Positions 24,612-34,652 of a stretch of DNA of 64,000 nt are shown in pieces. The stretch is from a virus: positions 1 to 64,000 of the IMG/VR virus record IMGVR_UViG_3300022928_002150; one strand, 5' to 3'. A program made the translations under genes and the position numbers. Every line of letters begins with the position of its first letter. The first letter of the stretch is position 1. The notes under the pieces were generated by a model. It had not been told where the DNA came from. It did not search any database and saw only the letters and a program-made list of their open reading frames with translations.

Positions 24612-25373
24612 ATGAGAGCACATTTAGGTATTACACAGGTAGATACTAACCCCTTAAATATAGCCAAGGGGAAAGTACCTAGTACTTCTATTCGAAATAT
24701 TTTTGGGTACCACCCTAATGTTACGCCTATTTTTACAGCAGTATGGGAGGGTACGGGAGACGGCGTAGTTATAGGAGATCAATTAGTGCCCTATGTTTTT
24801 CCTTCAGAACCTTTAACTATGAGTATTGTCTCTACCAGTGCGAGCGATACTGCTGTTTCTATTCTTATTAAAGGACTTGATGAAAATTATACAGAAATAT
24901 CTGCCGTAGTAGCACTAACTGGAGACACTCCAGTAGTTGTCCCCCAACCTTTTTTCAGAGTAAATGATCTTATAACGGTGTCAGGCAACGCACTTGGTCG
25001 CGTAGAATTAAAAAACGAAACTACGATATATGCTAGTATTCGTCCCACAGAGGGTAAAAATCAAGCCTCTATATATACAGTGCCAAAAAATTGTTCTTTT
25101 TACTTAACAAGAATAAATGCATTTTCTGCAGAAAGTTCAGGGGCTCCTACGTCTAAAATAGGATTTTTTCGAAACTTTATTACTACTAGTACTGGAGTAA
25201 ACTTAAGAGTGGGTGAGCTGTCTTTTGCAGATAGTTTTACAATTACAAGAACTGCCCCTTTTAAGTATGATGAAGGTACTGATATACAACTTCAAATGAA
25301 AACAGTATCGGGTAATCATGAAGCTTCCTGCTTCGCAGAAGGATACCTAGTAGACATAACTAAAGAGAGATAA
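24612..25373 (+). CDS. hypothetical beta-rich protein, probably structural
   Basis: 253-aa ORF immediately before terL. Confidence 0.65.
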   Translation: MRAHLGITQVDTNPLNIAKGKVPSTSIRNIFGYHPNVTPIFTAVWEGTGDGVVIGDQLVPYVFPSEPLTMSIVSTSASDTAVSILIKGLDENYTEISAVVALTGDTPVVVPQPFFRVNDLITVSGNALGRVELKNETTIYASIRPTEGKNQASIYTVPKNCSFYLTRINAFSAESSGAPTSKIGFFRNFITTSTGVNLRVGELSFADSFTITRTAPFKYDEGTDIQLQMKTVSGNHEASCFAEGYLVDITKER

Positions 25374-25378
25374 ATAAA

Positions 25379-26683
25379 ATGGCAGTAGAAGTTAGTAGGC
25401 AGGACGTAGTAGCAGAAAACTTAGTAGATATAGATAAGACTACTAGGTTTCTTAAGCTACCTGTGGCTCCTTACCTAGAAATGTTAGGAGTCGAGGCACT
25501 ACCTTCACAAAAAGCAATTATTAATGCTATAAATAATCCTAAATATAGGTTCGTTTGTGCAGCGGTATCGAGAAGACAAGGAAAGACGTACATAGCGAAT
25601 ATTATTGGACAATTAGTATCTTTAGTGCCAAATTCAAATATATTAATTATGTCTCCAAATTATGCGCTTTCTCAAATATCGTTTGACTTACAAAGAAACT
25701 TAATTAAACACTTTGACCTAGAAGTAACCAAAGATAATGCAAAAGATAAAGTTATAGAGCTCTCTAATGGCTCTACTATTAGAATGGGTTCTGTAAACCA
25801 AGTTGATTCATGTGTGGGTCGAAGTTACGATCTTATAATTTTTGACGAAGCAGCGTTAGCAGACGGCAAGGATGCCTTTAATGTCGCACTTCGGCCCACC
25901 CTTGATAAAGATAACTCTAAGGCATTATTTATATCTACACCTCGTGGTAGAAACAATTGGTTTGCTGAATTTTTTAATAGAGGTTATGAGGATGCTTTTT
26001 CTGAATGGGCATCTGTTCGCGCAACTTATAAAGATAATCCTAGAATGACAGAAGCAGACATTAACGAAGCTCGTAAAAGTATGTCTGAAGCAGAGTTCAA
26101 ACAGGAATACGAAGCTGACTTCAATACTTATGAGGGGCAGGTATGGAAATTTGATTATGAAAACTGTACAGTTAATCTCGAGGATATTCAGACAAAAGAA
26201 ATGGATGTTTTTGCAGGACTTGATGTAGGCTATAGAGACCCTACTGCTTTCTGTGTTGTTGCATACGATTGGGATGAAGAAAAGTACTTTTTAGTAGACG
26301 AATATTTAGACGCAGAGAGAACAACTGAGCAGCACGCAATAGAAATTCAAGCTTTAATTCAAAAATGGGATATAGATTACATTTATATTGACTCAGCAGC
26401 ACAACAAACAAGATTTGATTTTGCACAAAACTACGATATTAGTACTATCAATGCAAAAAAATCTATACTGGATGGTATATCTCATGTCGCAGGTATAGTC
26501 GACAACAATAACTTATTAGTGTCTCAAAAATGTAAAGAATCTTTAGCTGCTTTGGACCAATATCAATGGGATCCTAATCCTAATCTATTAAAAGAGAAGC
26601 CAAAACATAATAGAGCTTCTCATATGGCAGACGCCATAAGGTATGCTATTTACTCTTTTGAGACTAGCAATACGGGATTCTAA
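25379..26683 (+). CDS. terL: terminase large subunit
   Basis: SRRQGKT Walker A, IIFDEAA Walker B, ISTPRG, GLDVG and HMADAIRY nuclease motifs. Confidence 0.97.
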   Translation: MAVEVSRQDVVAENLVDIDKTTRFLKLPVAPYLEMLGVEALPSQKAIINAINNPKYRFVCAAVSRRQGKTYIANIIGQLVSLVPNSNILIMSPNYALSQISFDLQRNLIKHFDLEVTKDNAKDKVIELSNGSTIRMGSVNQVDSCVGRSYDLIIFDEAALADGKDAFNVALRPTLDKDNSKALFISTPRGRNNWFAEFFNRGYEDAFSEWASVRATYKDNPRMTEADINEARKSMSEAEFKQEYEADFNTYEGQVWKFDYENCTVNLEDIQTKEMDVFAGLDVGYRDPTAFCVVAYDWDEEKYFLVDEYLDAERTTEQHAIEIQALIQKWDIDYIYIDSAAQQTRFDFAQNYDISTINAKKSILDGISHVAGIVDNNNLLVSQKCKESLAALDQYQWDPNPNLLKEKPKHNRASHMADAIRYAIYSFETSNTGF

Positions 26684-26872
26684 ATGAATTATATAGAAAT
26701 TAGAGTGCAGCAACTTATAGAAGAGCGGGATAAGAATCAAGGTACCATGGAAATACAGTGGTATAACCGTCTTATTAATGAGCTTCACTGGGCAAATCAA
26801 ATGACTACTAATAAAAAAGAATTACAAAACTGTAATTTAGATAAAAGAAAGCGGTCAAGAATAAAAAACTAA
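26684..26872 (+). CDS. hypothetical protein
   Basis: abuts the terL stop. Confidence 0.6.
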   Translation: MNYIEIRVQQLIEERDKNQGTMEIQWYNRLINELHWANQMTTNKKELQNCNLDKRKRSRIKN

Positions 26873-26901
26873 CAATATAAGATTATAATTACCACCTGCT
26901 T

Positions 26902-26941
26902 AAAAATAGTAGTTGACAATGTATCTGGTACACGATATAAT
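26902..26941 (+). promoter_or_regulatory. late promoter
   Basis: AAAAATAGTAG-TTGACA-N17-TATAAT. Confidence 0.8.
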
Positions 26942-26970
26942 TTCGTAAGTAAAAAATGGTATTCTAAAAA

Positions 26971-27336
26971 ATGGAGAAGCTAAAAAGAGACCCGATAAAA
27001 TATATACGGGATAAAGCAAAAGCAAGATATGAAAAAGACAATAAATGCTATATCTGCAATGCTACCACTAAGTTAGATTTTCACCACTTTTTTAGTCTAA
27101 GCCCTTTGTTCCATAAGTGGATAAAAGAAATGGGCTATTTTGAAGAAGATATTAGAGAATTTAGAGATGAGTTCATTAATGAACACATTGAAGAATTATA
27201 CGATTATACTGTAACTCTTTGCCATGAGCATCATTTAAAGTTACATAGTATATATGGCAGAAATCCCCCCTTGCACACAGCAAAAAAACAGCAAAGATGG
27301 GTAGAGATTCAAAGAGAGAAAAATGGCTTGGTATAA
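26971..27336 (+). CDS. T5-type nicking HNH endonuclease
   Basis: LKRD.IKYIRD, CYIC, HH and TLCHEHH..LH..YG motifs; between terL and portal as in T5. Confidence 0.85.
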   Translation: MEKLKRDPIKYIRDKAKARYEKDNKCYICNATTKLDFHHFFSLSPLFHKWIKEMGYFEEDIREFRDEFINEHIEELYDYTVTLCHEHHLKLHSIYGRNPPLHTAKKQQRWVEIQREKNGLV

Positions 27337-28519
27337 TAAAATTCTTGGTCGGGAAACAGTAGAAACAGAAGAAAAACTTAATCCTGCCCAGCCATGGTAT
27401 GATCATAAAGTAGAATCGTCTCGTGAATTAACATATTCTTATGAGCTTGCGTATGAGCAACTAGAAATTGTTAATAGGGGCGTCAATATGATTGTAGATG
27501 ATGTTTCTGAAATTACGACCAAGATTGGCCCGTCCCTCCCTATCAATAATCCTTATAAAGGCGTCAAAAGAGCCAAGTTAAATATATTACTTAACAAAGA
27601 GCCAAACCTTTATCAGGATATTAGCACGTTCAAACGAAATTTAGTAACAGACTTTCTGTTAGATGGTAATATTTTTATTTACTTTGATGGCGTACACCTT
27701 TATCATCTCCCAGCAAGCAAGATGATAATACATGCGAGCGAAACTACCTATATAGATCATTATACTTTTAATGAGACTGTACGATACTCGCCAAATGAAA
27801 TTATACATATAAAAGATAATTCTTTTTATTCTATATATCGCGGGATCTCTAGACTTAAGCCCGCGCTCAGGACTATGGTTTTAACCAAGTCTATGAGAGA
27901 TTTTCAAGATAACTTTTTTAAAAATGGTGCTGTACCAGGTTTAGTGTTAAAAAGCCCCAACACTCTTTCAGAGAAAATTAAAGAAAGAATGTTAGCTTCT
28001 TGGCAGCAGCGCTATAGACCAGACGCAGGAGGCAGAAGACCCTTAATACTAGACGGAGGTTTAGAGATTGATGCAGTGTCTAATGTTAATTTTAAGGAAT
28101 TGGATTTTCAAGCAGCTATTGCAGAAAACGAAAAAATAATTCTTAAAGCATTGGGGGTTCCCCCTATTTTGCTGGATTCAGGAAATAACGCTAACTTGCG
28201 ACCAAACATGCGGTTATACTATTTAGAAACCGTACTACCCGTAGTAAGAAAAATCAATTTTGCACTAGAAAGGTTTTTTGGGTTTGAGATAGTAGAAGAT
28301 GCTACTAATATACCTGCACTACAACCGGAGCTTAGAGACCAATCTCAGTATTATACTTCCCTAGTAAATGCTGGGGTTATTTCTCCTAACGAAGCACGAA
28401 ATCATTTAGGGTTTGATCCAGTTGAAGGGTATGATGAACTAAGAGTACCCGCAAATATTGCTGGAAGCGCAGTAGATCCGTCAGAAGGCGGAAGACCTGT
28501 AGAACAAGAGGAAGATTAA
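27323..28519 (+). CDS. portal protein (HK97 family)
   Basis: LLDGN.FI, EIIHIK, FFKNGAVPG, GVPPILL and SPNEAR motifs. Confidence 0.95.
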   Translation: MAWYNKILGRETVETEEKLNPAQPWYDHKVESSRELTYSYELAYEQLEIVNRGVNMIVDDVSEITTKIGPSLPINNPYKGVKRAKLNILLNKEPNLYQDISTFKRNLVTDFLLDGNIFIYFDGVHLYHLPASKMIIHASETTYIDHYTFNETVRYSPNEIIHIKDNSFYSIYRGISRLKPALRTMVLTKSMRDFQDNFFKNGAVPGLVLKSPNTLSEKIKERMLASWQQRYRPDAGGRRPLILDGGLEIDAVSNVNFKELDFQAAIAENEKIILKALGVPPILLDSGNNANLRPNMRLYYLETVLPVVRKINFALERFFGFEIVEDATNIPALQPELRDQSQYYTSLVNAGVISPNEARNHLGFDPVEGYDELRVPANIAGSAVDPSEGGRPVEQEED

Positions 28520-28522
28520 GAT

Positions 28523-28891
28523 ATGGCAACTAGACGACAGACCGTTGCAACTTTAACTAAGCTACGAGATCATATTGTACAATTCGGAGTAAAAGCTCCG
28601 ATATCTTATGAAGAGTATATTAAGTTAAAGCCTACCAATCCTATTACTAAAAGGGAGCTTGGCCGTGTATTTAACGGTAGATGGGCTAGGGTATTAACAG
28701 CCCTGATCAGGAAGTTCCCTACAGTATATGATGACGCTGCAAAAGCTCATGCAAAGCCTGTAATTCAGCCTAAGGCAGAACCTAAGGTAGAGCCTGAAGC
28801 AGCGCCTAAATCAGCACCAAGGAAGCCGGTAACAAAACCTGCTCCTAAGCGGTTCGCTGCTAAGAAGGAGGATGTTAAAAACGATGAATAA
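28523..28891 (+). CDS. hypothetical protein with P/A/K-rich tail
   Basis: lies between portal and protease. Confidence 0.7.
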   Translation: MATRRQTVATLTKLRDHIVQFGVKAPISYEEYIKLKPTNPITKRELGRVFNGRWARVLTALIRKFPTVYDDAAKAHAKPVIQPKAEPKVEPEAAPKSAPRKPVTKPAPKRFAAKKEDVKNDE

Positions 28892-30917
28892 AATTTTTAG
28901 TTTTACATCTACATTTAAAGCGTTAAATGAAGATGATGATGGGATTCACATTTGCGGAATGGCAAGCACTAATGATGCTGATCGTGCAAATGACATAATT
29001 GACGTGGAGGCCTGGACAAAGGGAGGCCTTGCTAATTTTGAAAAGAACCCTATAATTTTATTTAATCACGACTACAATAAACCGATCGGACGAGCTACTG
29101 GGCTTAAAGTTACAGACAATGGTTTGGAACTTAAAGCGAAGATAAGTAAGTCTGCTCCTGATAGTGTAGGTACGTTGATTAAAGAAGGCATTCTTGGAGC
29201 TTTTTCTGTTGGTTTCCGGGTCAAGGATGCGGATTACTTAGAGGAAACTGATGGATTAAAGATTAAGGACGCTGAGTTGTTCGAGGTATCAGTTGTATCT
29301 GTACCTTGCAATCAGGCAGCTACTTTTTCGCTAGCTAAATCTTTCGACTCAGAAGCTGAGTACGAAGATTTTAAAAAAACTTTTTTAAAAAATAGTGTGG
29401 ATCTAGCCGGTCAGTCTCTGGCTAAAGACGAAGTCAATACTTCTAGCGTAGCTAGTGACACACCGGAAACCGCGCAAAGCGCACAAAAGGAGATAGAAAT
29501 GTCTGATGTTAAAAATTCAGAAATTGACTTAGAAGCTTTTGCTAAAAAGGTAGCGGAAGAAACCGCTGCCAAAATCGCAATGAAGCAAGCCGAAGTCAAA
29601 GCTGCAGATGAAAAAGCAGCACTCGAACAACAAGAAAAAGCCTCTCAGGAAGCTGAAGAAAAAGCCGCTCAGGAAGCTGAAGTCAAGTCTGCTATTGTTA
29701 CTGGTGTTCAATCAGGAACTGAAAAGTTGATGGCTGATTTCGAAGAGAAGATGTCTGCATCTAATGCTGACCAGGCTGAAGTTATTGCTAAGTTCCAAAA
29801 AGAACTTACCGAAAAAGAAGAAGAAATCACTAAAATGCGCATGTCTAAAGGGCTTTTCGCTGATCGTGGTTCTGAACAGTCACTTGAAAAGCATGCTAAA
29901 GAACTTATGCACGCGCATCTTGCTGGTGTAATTACTGGTAAAGGTTGGAACACTGACTATGCTAAGTCTGTTTTCGAAAAAGCTGGTGTTACTTACACGG
30001 CTACAGGGGGTCAAAACGATCCCGGTATCGACGTTGTAGTATCTCGCGAAATTGAGAAAGAAATTCAATTAGAGCTTCGCACCGCAGCTTTATTTAAAGA
30101 AATGCCAGTAGAGAGTCAATCTACTGTATTGCCTCTGCAGTCTGATACCAATCTGGCTAAGTGGGCAAATGCACGCGACAGTGCTAACGATGGTACTGGT
30201 AGTGATATTGCTAACCGTGGCAATTCTGACAATACTTATGATGTTGGCCAGAAGGTTGTACAGGTTGATCGTCTTATTTCAACTTCTTTCCTCGATAACT
30301 ACATCGATGAGAAAGTTTTGATTAATATCATGCCTATGCTGACTGCTGGTATTGCACGTTCACATGCCCGAGCTGTTGATGCTGCTATTATTAATGGTAA
30401 CTCTGCAAATATTACAGGTTTGATTGGCCATGCAACTGCTGGTGCTGAATGGGGAGCTCAGGTTGCTGCTAACCTTACGTTTAGTGCTGATGTACTTGTT
30501 AAGTGTCGTCGTAATATGGGCGTATACGGCCTTAACCCACAGGACGTTGTATTTATCGTATCACAAGATAAGTACTATGACCTTTTAGAAGATCCCGACT
30601 TCCAGACTGTTGATGAAGTTGGTTCAGATATGGCAGTACGTTTGACTGGTCAGGTTGGTCGTGTATACGGTTCTCCTGTAGTTCTTACGGACAATATGCC
30701 TGCTGACGCTGAAGATGGATTTGGTGGAGCTTTGTGTGTCAACACTTCAAACTTCATTATTCCTCGTCTCCGTGGAATTACTGTTGAGCAGGACTACGAA
30801 GTAGCTGCACAACGCCGCGTATTAGTTGCTACTCAGCATATGGGCTTTGATGAGCTCTTTGCTGGTGCTGGTGGTAAGTCTGCTGCTACTCACGCAGTAT
30901 ACAATGCCTTAGCATAA
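28872..30917 (+). CDS. prohead protease fused in frame to scaffold + major capsid protein (start 28872 or 28884)
   Basis: NPIILFNHD, FSVGF and L.EVSVVSVPCN protease motifs; coiled coil; HK97-fold capsid C-terminal part; internal RBS/ATG at 29499. Confidence 0.92.
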   Translation: MLKTMNKIFSFTSTFKALNEDDDGIHICGMASTNDADRANDIIDVEAWTKGGLANFEKNPIILFNHDYNKPIGRATGLKVTDNGLELKAKISKSAPDSVGTLIKEGILGAFSVGFRVKDADYLEETDGLKIKDAELFEVSVVSVPCNQAATFSLAKSFDSEAEYEDFKKTFLKNSVDLAGQSLAKDEVNTSSVASDTPETAQSAQKEIEMSDVKNSEIDLEAFAKKVAEETAAKIAMKQAEVKAADEKAALEQQEKASQEAEEKAAQEAEVKSAIVTGVQSGTEKLMADFEEKMSASNADQAEVIAKFQKELTEKEEEITKMRMSKGLFADRGSEQSLEKHAKELMHAHLAGVITGKGWNTDYAKSVFEKAGVTYTATGGQNDPGIDVVVSREIEKEIQLELRTAALFKEMPVESQSTVLPLQSDTNLAKWANARDSANDGTGSDIANRGNSDNTYDVGQKVVQVDRLISTSFLDNYIDEKVLINIMPMLTAGIARSHARAVDAAIINGNSANITGLIGHATAGAEWGAQVAANLTFSADVLVKCRRNMGVYGLNPQDVVFIVSQDKYYDLLEDPDFQTVDEVGSDMAVRLTGQVGRVYGSPVVLTDNMPADAEDGFGGALCVNTSNFIIPRLRGITVEQDYEVAAQRRVLVATQHMGFDELFAGAGGKSAATHAVYNALA

Positions 30918-30930
30918 AAATTAACTTTTT

Positions 30931-30965
30931 ACTTCGGGGGACAGCAATGTCCCCCCAAGTTTTTA
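30931..30965 (+). terminator. intrinsic terminator after capsid gene
   Basis: GGGGGACA-GCAA-TGTCCCCC followed by a T-run. Confidence 0.85.
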
Positions 30966-30979
30966 CTAATTGACTTAAT

Positions 30980-31558
30980 ATGACTGATTTAATTACTATA
31001 GATAAATATAAAGAAATTGAAGGAATTACATCGACTAAAGAAGATGTAAAACTTGAGGTTTTTATTCCCTCTGTAAGTCAATTAGTAAAAACTTACTGTG
31101 GAAATTCGCTTATTGATTTTTACACGACTAATAAAGTCGAAGCTTTTTCCTTAAGTTGGGAGTCTGACATTCTTCAGTTAACAGAGAGCCCTGTAAATAC
31201 AATAATTGAAATACAGGAAAGACGCAGGCCTACAGAAGAATATAAAACAGTGCCTGTAGAAGACTATTATTTAGATAATAAAACAGATAGTGTTTTAAGA
31301 ATAGCACGCACACACAGGTTCTGGCCGACAGGTCCAGGAGCTGTTACTGTTACTTACACTGCAGGATATGCAACAACACCTGCAGATCTCTTATTAGCTG
31401 TAGCAGACTTGATTACTTATTATTTGAAAGATGAGCATAAACAAAGACAGACTTTACAAGGGGCTAGTATTGAAAATGCTAAGCCTAGTGGCTCTAGTGG
31501 AGGCCCTGCTTTTCCTGATCATATAAAAAGAGTCCTAGACTTATATAAGAATTTTTAA
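30980..31558 (+). CDS. head completion / head-tail adaptor
   Basis: VTYTAGY...P.DL and FPDHIKRVLDLY motifs; T5 synteny. Confidence 0.85.
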   Translation: MTDLITIDKYKEIEGITSTKEDVKLEVFIPSVSQLVKTYCGNSLIDFYTTNKVEAFSLSWESDILQLTESPVNTIIEIQERRRPTEEYKTVPVEDYYLDNKTDSVLRIARTHRFWPTGPGAVTVTYTAGYATTPADLLLAVADLITYYLKDEHKQRQTLQGASIENAKPSGSSGGPAFPDHIKRVLDLYKNF

Positions 31559-31560
31559 CC

Positions 31561-32817
31561 ATGGCTAGACCTGTAAAAAATATAGATCAGCTAATACAAG
31601 ATATGATCCAAGGGCAGTATGTTAAAGCAAAGTTGTGGCGGCGAGCTATAGACAAAAATATAGATATTAGACAAAAATTTCAAATGCAGGGAGAGTACAT
31701 AAAAAGATTTGAGGAGTTTACTAGAGCGGCTCGAAAGGCACATTCTAACGAAAATTCTACTTTTAATTTTGAAGGTCAAACGTATCAAGCTAGAAGTGCT
31801 CTAAGGACGGCAGCTGCAGTAAATAATAGGTCTCATAAAGACTTTGGACGAGCTAATTTTAAACAACAAGCTTACACCTTAAAAAAGCTTTTTCCCGAGC
31901 TTGCAGAAGGTCAAGAGTTGGGACATAAGAATATCAGCGTACTTAGAGCGTCTCTTTCTTCCGTACTTGCATCAATGGATACTAAAGATCCTAGAAGACA
32001 ATCTATCAAAGCTTTATTTATTCTTGCACAAAATATAGATCGCATTACAGAAGTAGGTGAAATGAGTTTTGACGACTTATTGGATCAGCTAGAAATGAGC
32101 GTGTCCAAGGGTTATGAGGTTAAAGCTGAGTATACAAAAGATGTAAAATTACTCTCAGGCATCTCAGGTAGTTTAGAGCTAGAGTTTGAACCCAAAGACC
32201 TTAATCAATATAAAGGACGCTTATCAGGTAAAGTAGGAGAGTTATTTAGGAAAGTAATTACTGACGCATCTTTTGATTTAGCTTCACATGAAGGATTTAG
32301 TAGTAATATAGCTAACATTAAAGGGTCTCCTTCTATGATAGAGGATATAACAGCTCAGAGTCTTCAGCTAATAGACCCTACTAAAAAATATGCTCCTGGG
32401 AGAAAAACAAAAGCAAAGTCCAAAACACAAAATATGCGAGGACCAAAAACTAAAATGAAGAGGAATAAAAAAGTTAAAGCCCGTAGCCCCTCTGGTCCAG
32501 GTCGAGGCAAAGGAGCATCTAGTGCTCCTTTAGAGTTATTAGGTATATTGAATCAACAACTACCTAGAGTAGTTGCGAACAATATGGGAGACCCTAGATT
32601 GAATTATGTTACAGGCAGATTCGCAAGTAGTGTCAATGTTACTGATGTTACTCAAACAGCTCGAGGTTTTCCAAGTATAGGATATACATATAGAAGGAAT
32701 CCTTATGAGGTATTCGAAAGAGATCCTGATAGAGATCCTAGAAAACTTATTGATTTATCTATACGCGAAATTGCTGCACAATTCGCTATAGGCAGATTCT
32801 ATACTAGGAGAGTATAA
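31561..32817 (+). CDS. neck / tail completion protein (N-terminally extended)
   Basis: C-terminal L.Y.TGRFA.SV and Y.Y..NPY.VFE....RDPRKLI..SIREIA motifs. Confidence 0.75.
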   Translation: MARPVKNIDQLIQDMIQGQYVKAKLWRRAIDKNIDIRQKFQMQGEYIKRFEEFTRAARKAHSNENSTFNFEGQTYQARSALRTAAAVNNRSHKDFGRANFKQQAYTLKKLFPELAEGQELGHKNISVLRASLSSVLASMDTKDPRRQSIKALFILAQNIDRITEVGEMSFDDLLDQLEMSVSKGYEVKAEYTKDVKLLSGISGSLELEFEPKDLNQYKGRLSGKVGELFRKVITDASFDLASHEGFSSNIANIKGSPSMIEDITAQSLQLIDPTKKYAPGRKTKAKSKTQNMRGPKTKMKRNKKVKARSPSGPGRGKGASSAPLELLGILNQQLPRVVANNMGDPRLNYVTGRFASSVNVTDVTQTARGFPSIGYTYRRNPYEVFERDPDRDPRKLIDLSIREIAAQFAIGRFYTRRV

Positions 32818-33272
32818 TGGCGTATCCAAGAGAGTACGCTACTAGAAGACAGTCTATTGTAGACGCACTTGTAGAAGCCTTAAAGACTATAGACGGTACA
32901 GGAGAGTTTTATACAAATGTGTATAATAATGTAAGTCCGAGATTAAAATTCTGGGATGAGATTGATGACTTTCCAGCGATACATCTAAATGCGGGTTCAG
33001 AGAGAAGAGAGTATCAAGGAGGAGGATATAGAGATAGATTCTTATCGGTTGTTATTAGATGTTATGTAAAAGAAGAAGACGCTATTGAAGCGTTGGATAA
33101 ACTTTTAGAAGACACTGAAACAGTATTAGAACTAAACTCTAGATTAGAATATCTTGATAAACTAGGCTCTAGACAATACACGCACCAAATCTCGCTCATT
33201 AGTATAGATACTGATGAAGGAGTATTAGAACCTTACGGAGTAGGAGAAATATTAGTTGAGGTTCGTTATTAG
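32817..33272 (+). CDS. tail terminator protein
   Basis: SIDTDEGVL.PYG.GE motif; T5 synteny. Confidence 0.85.
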   Translation: MAYPREYATRRQSIVDALVEALKTIDGTGEFYTNVYNNVSPRLKFWDEIDDFPAIHLNAGSERREYQGGGYRDRFLSVVIRCYVKEEDAIEALDKLLEDTETVLELNSRLEYLDKLGSRQYTHQISLISIDTDEGVLEPYGVGEILVEVRY

Positions 33273-33336
33273 AAAATGCTGACACGAATAAATATTCACG
33301 TTCAGGCCTTTTCAAGTTTCATAGGAGATTACAACT

Positions 33337-34497
33337 ATGGCATCAATATTACAATTTAGTAGAAATACTAAAGCCTATCTGCAAATGGGCGCCGATGTGT
33401 GGGAGCTGCCAATTCTTGACGGATTCTCATTTTCACAGGCAACAAATGCATCAGAAATTACTCTTAACGAAGCTGCAAACAGTGCAGGAGTATCAAGACG
33501 AGCTAGACAAATGTTTACCGACTCTTACGCTCCTGCTGAGTGGAGTTTTACTACTTATATTCGTCCTAACGGAGGAGCTGATGGCGCAGCCGGTCTTGGT
33601 TGCATTGAAGAAGCTCTGTGGGCGAACATGATTGCTACAGGCCAAGCCTACGATGATACCACGGGCCTCTTTACTTTAGGTGTTGATAAGAGTACTGCAA
33701 ACACTACTGTTTTTGACTTTACTAATTCTAACAAAACAACACTTAATACTTTTACACTGTGGATGGTTCTTGGAGCATGTGGTACAGATCCTACGGCTGC
33801 TAGCTTTAGTGAAGCCCAAGGTCAGACAGTATATAAAATTAGCAATAGTGTTATTAACTCTGCTGCTATTGATTTTGATATCGATGGGATCGCTCAAATT
33901 ACTTGGTCTGGGTTCGGCTCTTTGGTAGAGGATCTTACAGATGTTGCAGAAGGATCAGGAGGCTGGCCTGATGTTACTGGAGGCGGTTCAAATAATCTTG
34001 TAACTACAGGTATTGACAGCACTGCTAACTTTATTAGAAACAGACTGACTAGTCTTTCTGTTGTGGGAGATTTAGGTGGTGGTAGTACTACATATTCCGT
34101 GGTACTGACTGGAGGAAGTTTATCGATCGAGAATAACCTAACCTTCTTAACTCCAGAAACTCTTTGTAGTGTTAACCAACCTTTAGGTCATATTACAGGT
34201 TCCAGATCTGTTAGTGGAAGTTTCACTTGTTACCTTGACGCTGAAGGTGACTCAAGTGCTCAACTTTTCCAAGATGTACTATCTGCCAACACTATTGTTA
34301 CCAATGAAATGGCTCTTACATTTGGAATAGGAGGAGCTAGTGCTCCTGCATGTTCTGTTACTATGCCTCGCTGTCACTTAGAAGTGCCTAGTCATAGTAT
34401 TGAAGATGTTATTTCAGTAGAGACGTCCTTCCACGCTTTGCCTAGCAGCTTAGACGGAGCGGATGAAGCAACGGTTACATATTTAGGTACTGCATAA
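33337..34497 (+). CDS. major tail tube protein (T5 pb6-like, no C-terminal Ig domain)
   Basis: LQFSRNT, PAEWSFTTYIRP, DIDGIA.ITWSG and NNLTFLTPE motifs. Confidence 0.9.
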   Translation: MASILQFSRNTKAYLQMGADVWELPILDGFSFSQATNASEITLNEAANSAGVSRRARQMFTDSYAPAEWSFTTYIRPNGGADGAAGLGCIEEALWANMIATGQAYDDTTGLFTLGVDKSTANTTVFDFTNSNKTTLNTFTLWMVLGACGTDPTAASFSEAQGQTVYKISNSVINSAAIDFDIDGIAQITWSGFGSLVEDLTDVAEGSGGWPDVTGGGSNNLVTTGIDSTANFIRNRLTSLSVVGDLGGGSTTYSVVLTGGSLSIENNLTFLTPETLCSVNQPLGHITGSRSVSGSFTCYLDAEGDSSAQLFQDVLSANTIVTNEMALTFGIGGASAPACSVTMPRCHLEVPSHSIEDVISVETSFHALPSSLDGADEATVTYLGTA

Positions 34498-34520
34498 AAT
34501 TTAAATAGGTATTTTTAAAT

Positions 34521-34550
34521 AATAAAAGGGGCGCTCAGCCCCTTTTATTT
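34521..34550 (+). terminator. intrinsic terminator
   Basis: AAAAGGGGC-GCTCA-GCCCCTTTT. Confidence 0.85.
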
Positions 34551-34561
34551 ATCCCCACCCC

Positions 34562-34601
34562 AAAAATTTTTCTTGACTTTTATGTTGCCATACTTTATAC
34601 T
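34562..34601 (+). promoter_or_regulatory. late promoter
   Basis: AAAAATTTTTC-TTGACT-N17-TATACT; the same 16-mer precedes terS. Confidence 0.75.
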
Positions 34602-34652
34602 ATGTGGTAAGAAAAATCAATTTCTTTTCTACATATACAAGGAAAATACTTA

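Noticed and set aside
26971-27336. Mobile homing endonuclease
   Set aside because: Sequence and position match the conserved T5 nicking endonuclease between terL and portal; no interrupted host gene.
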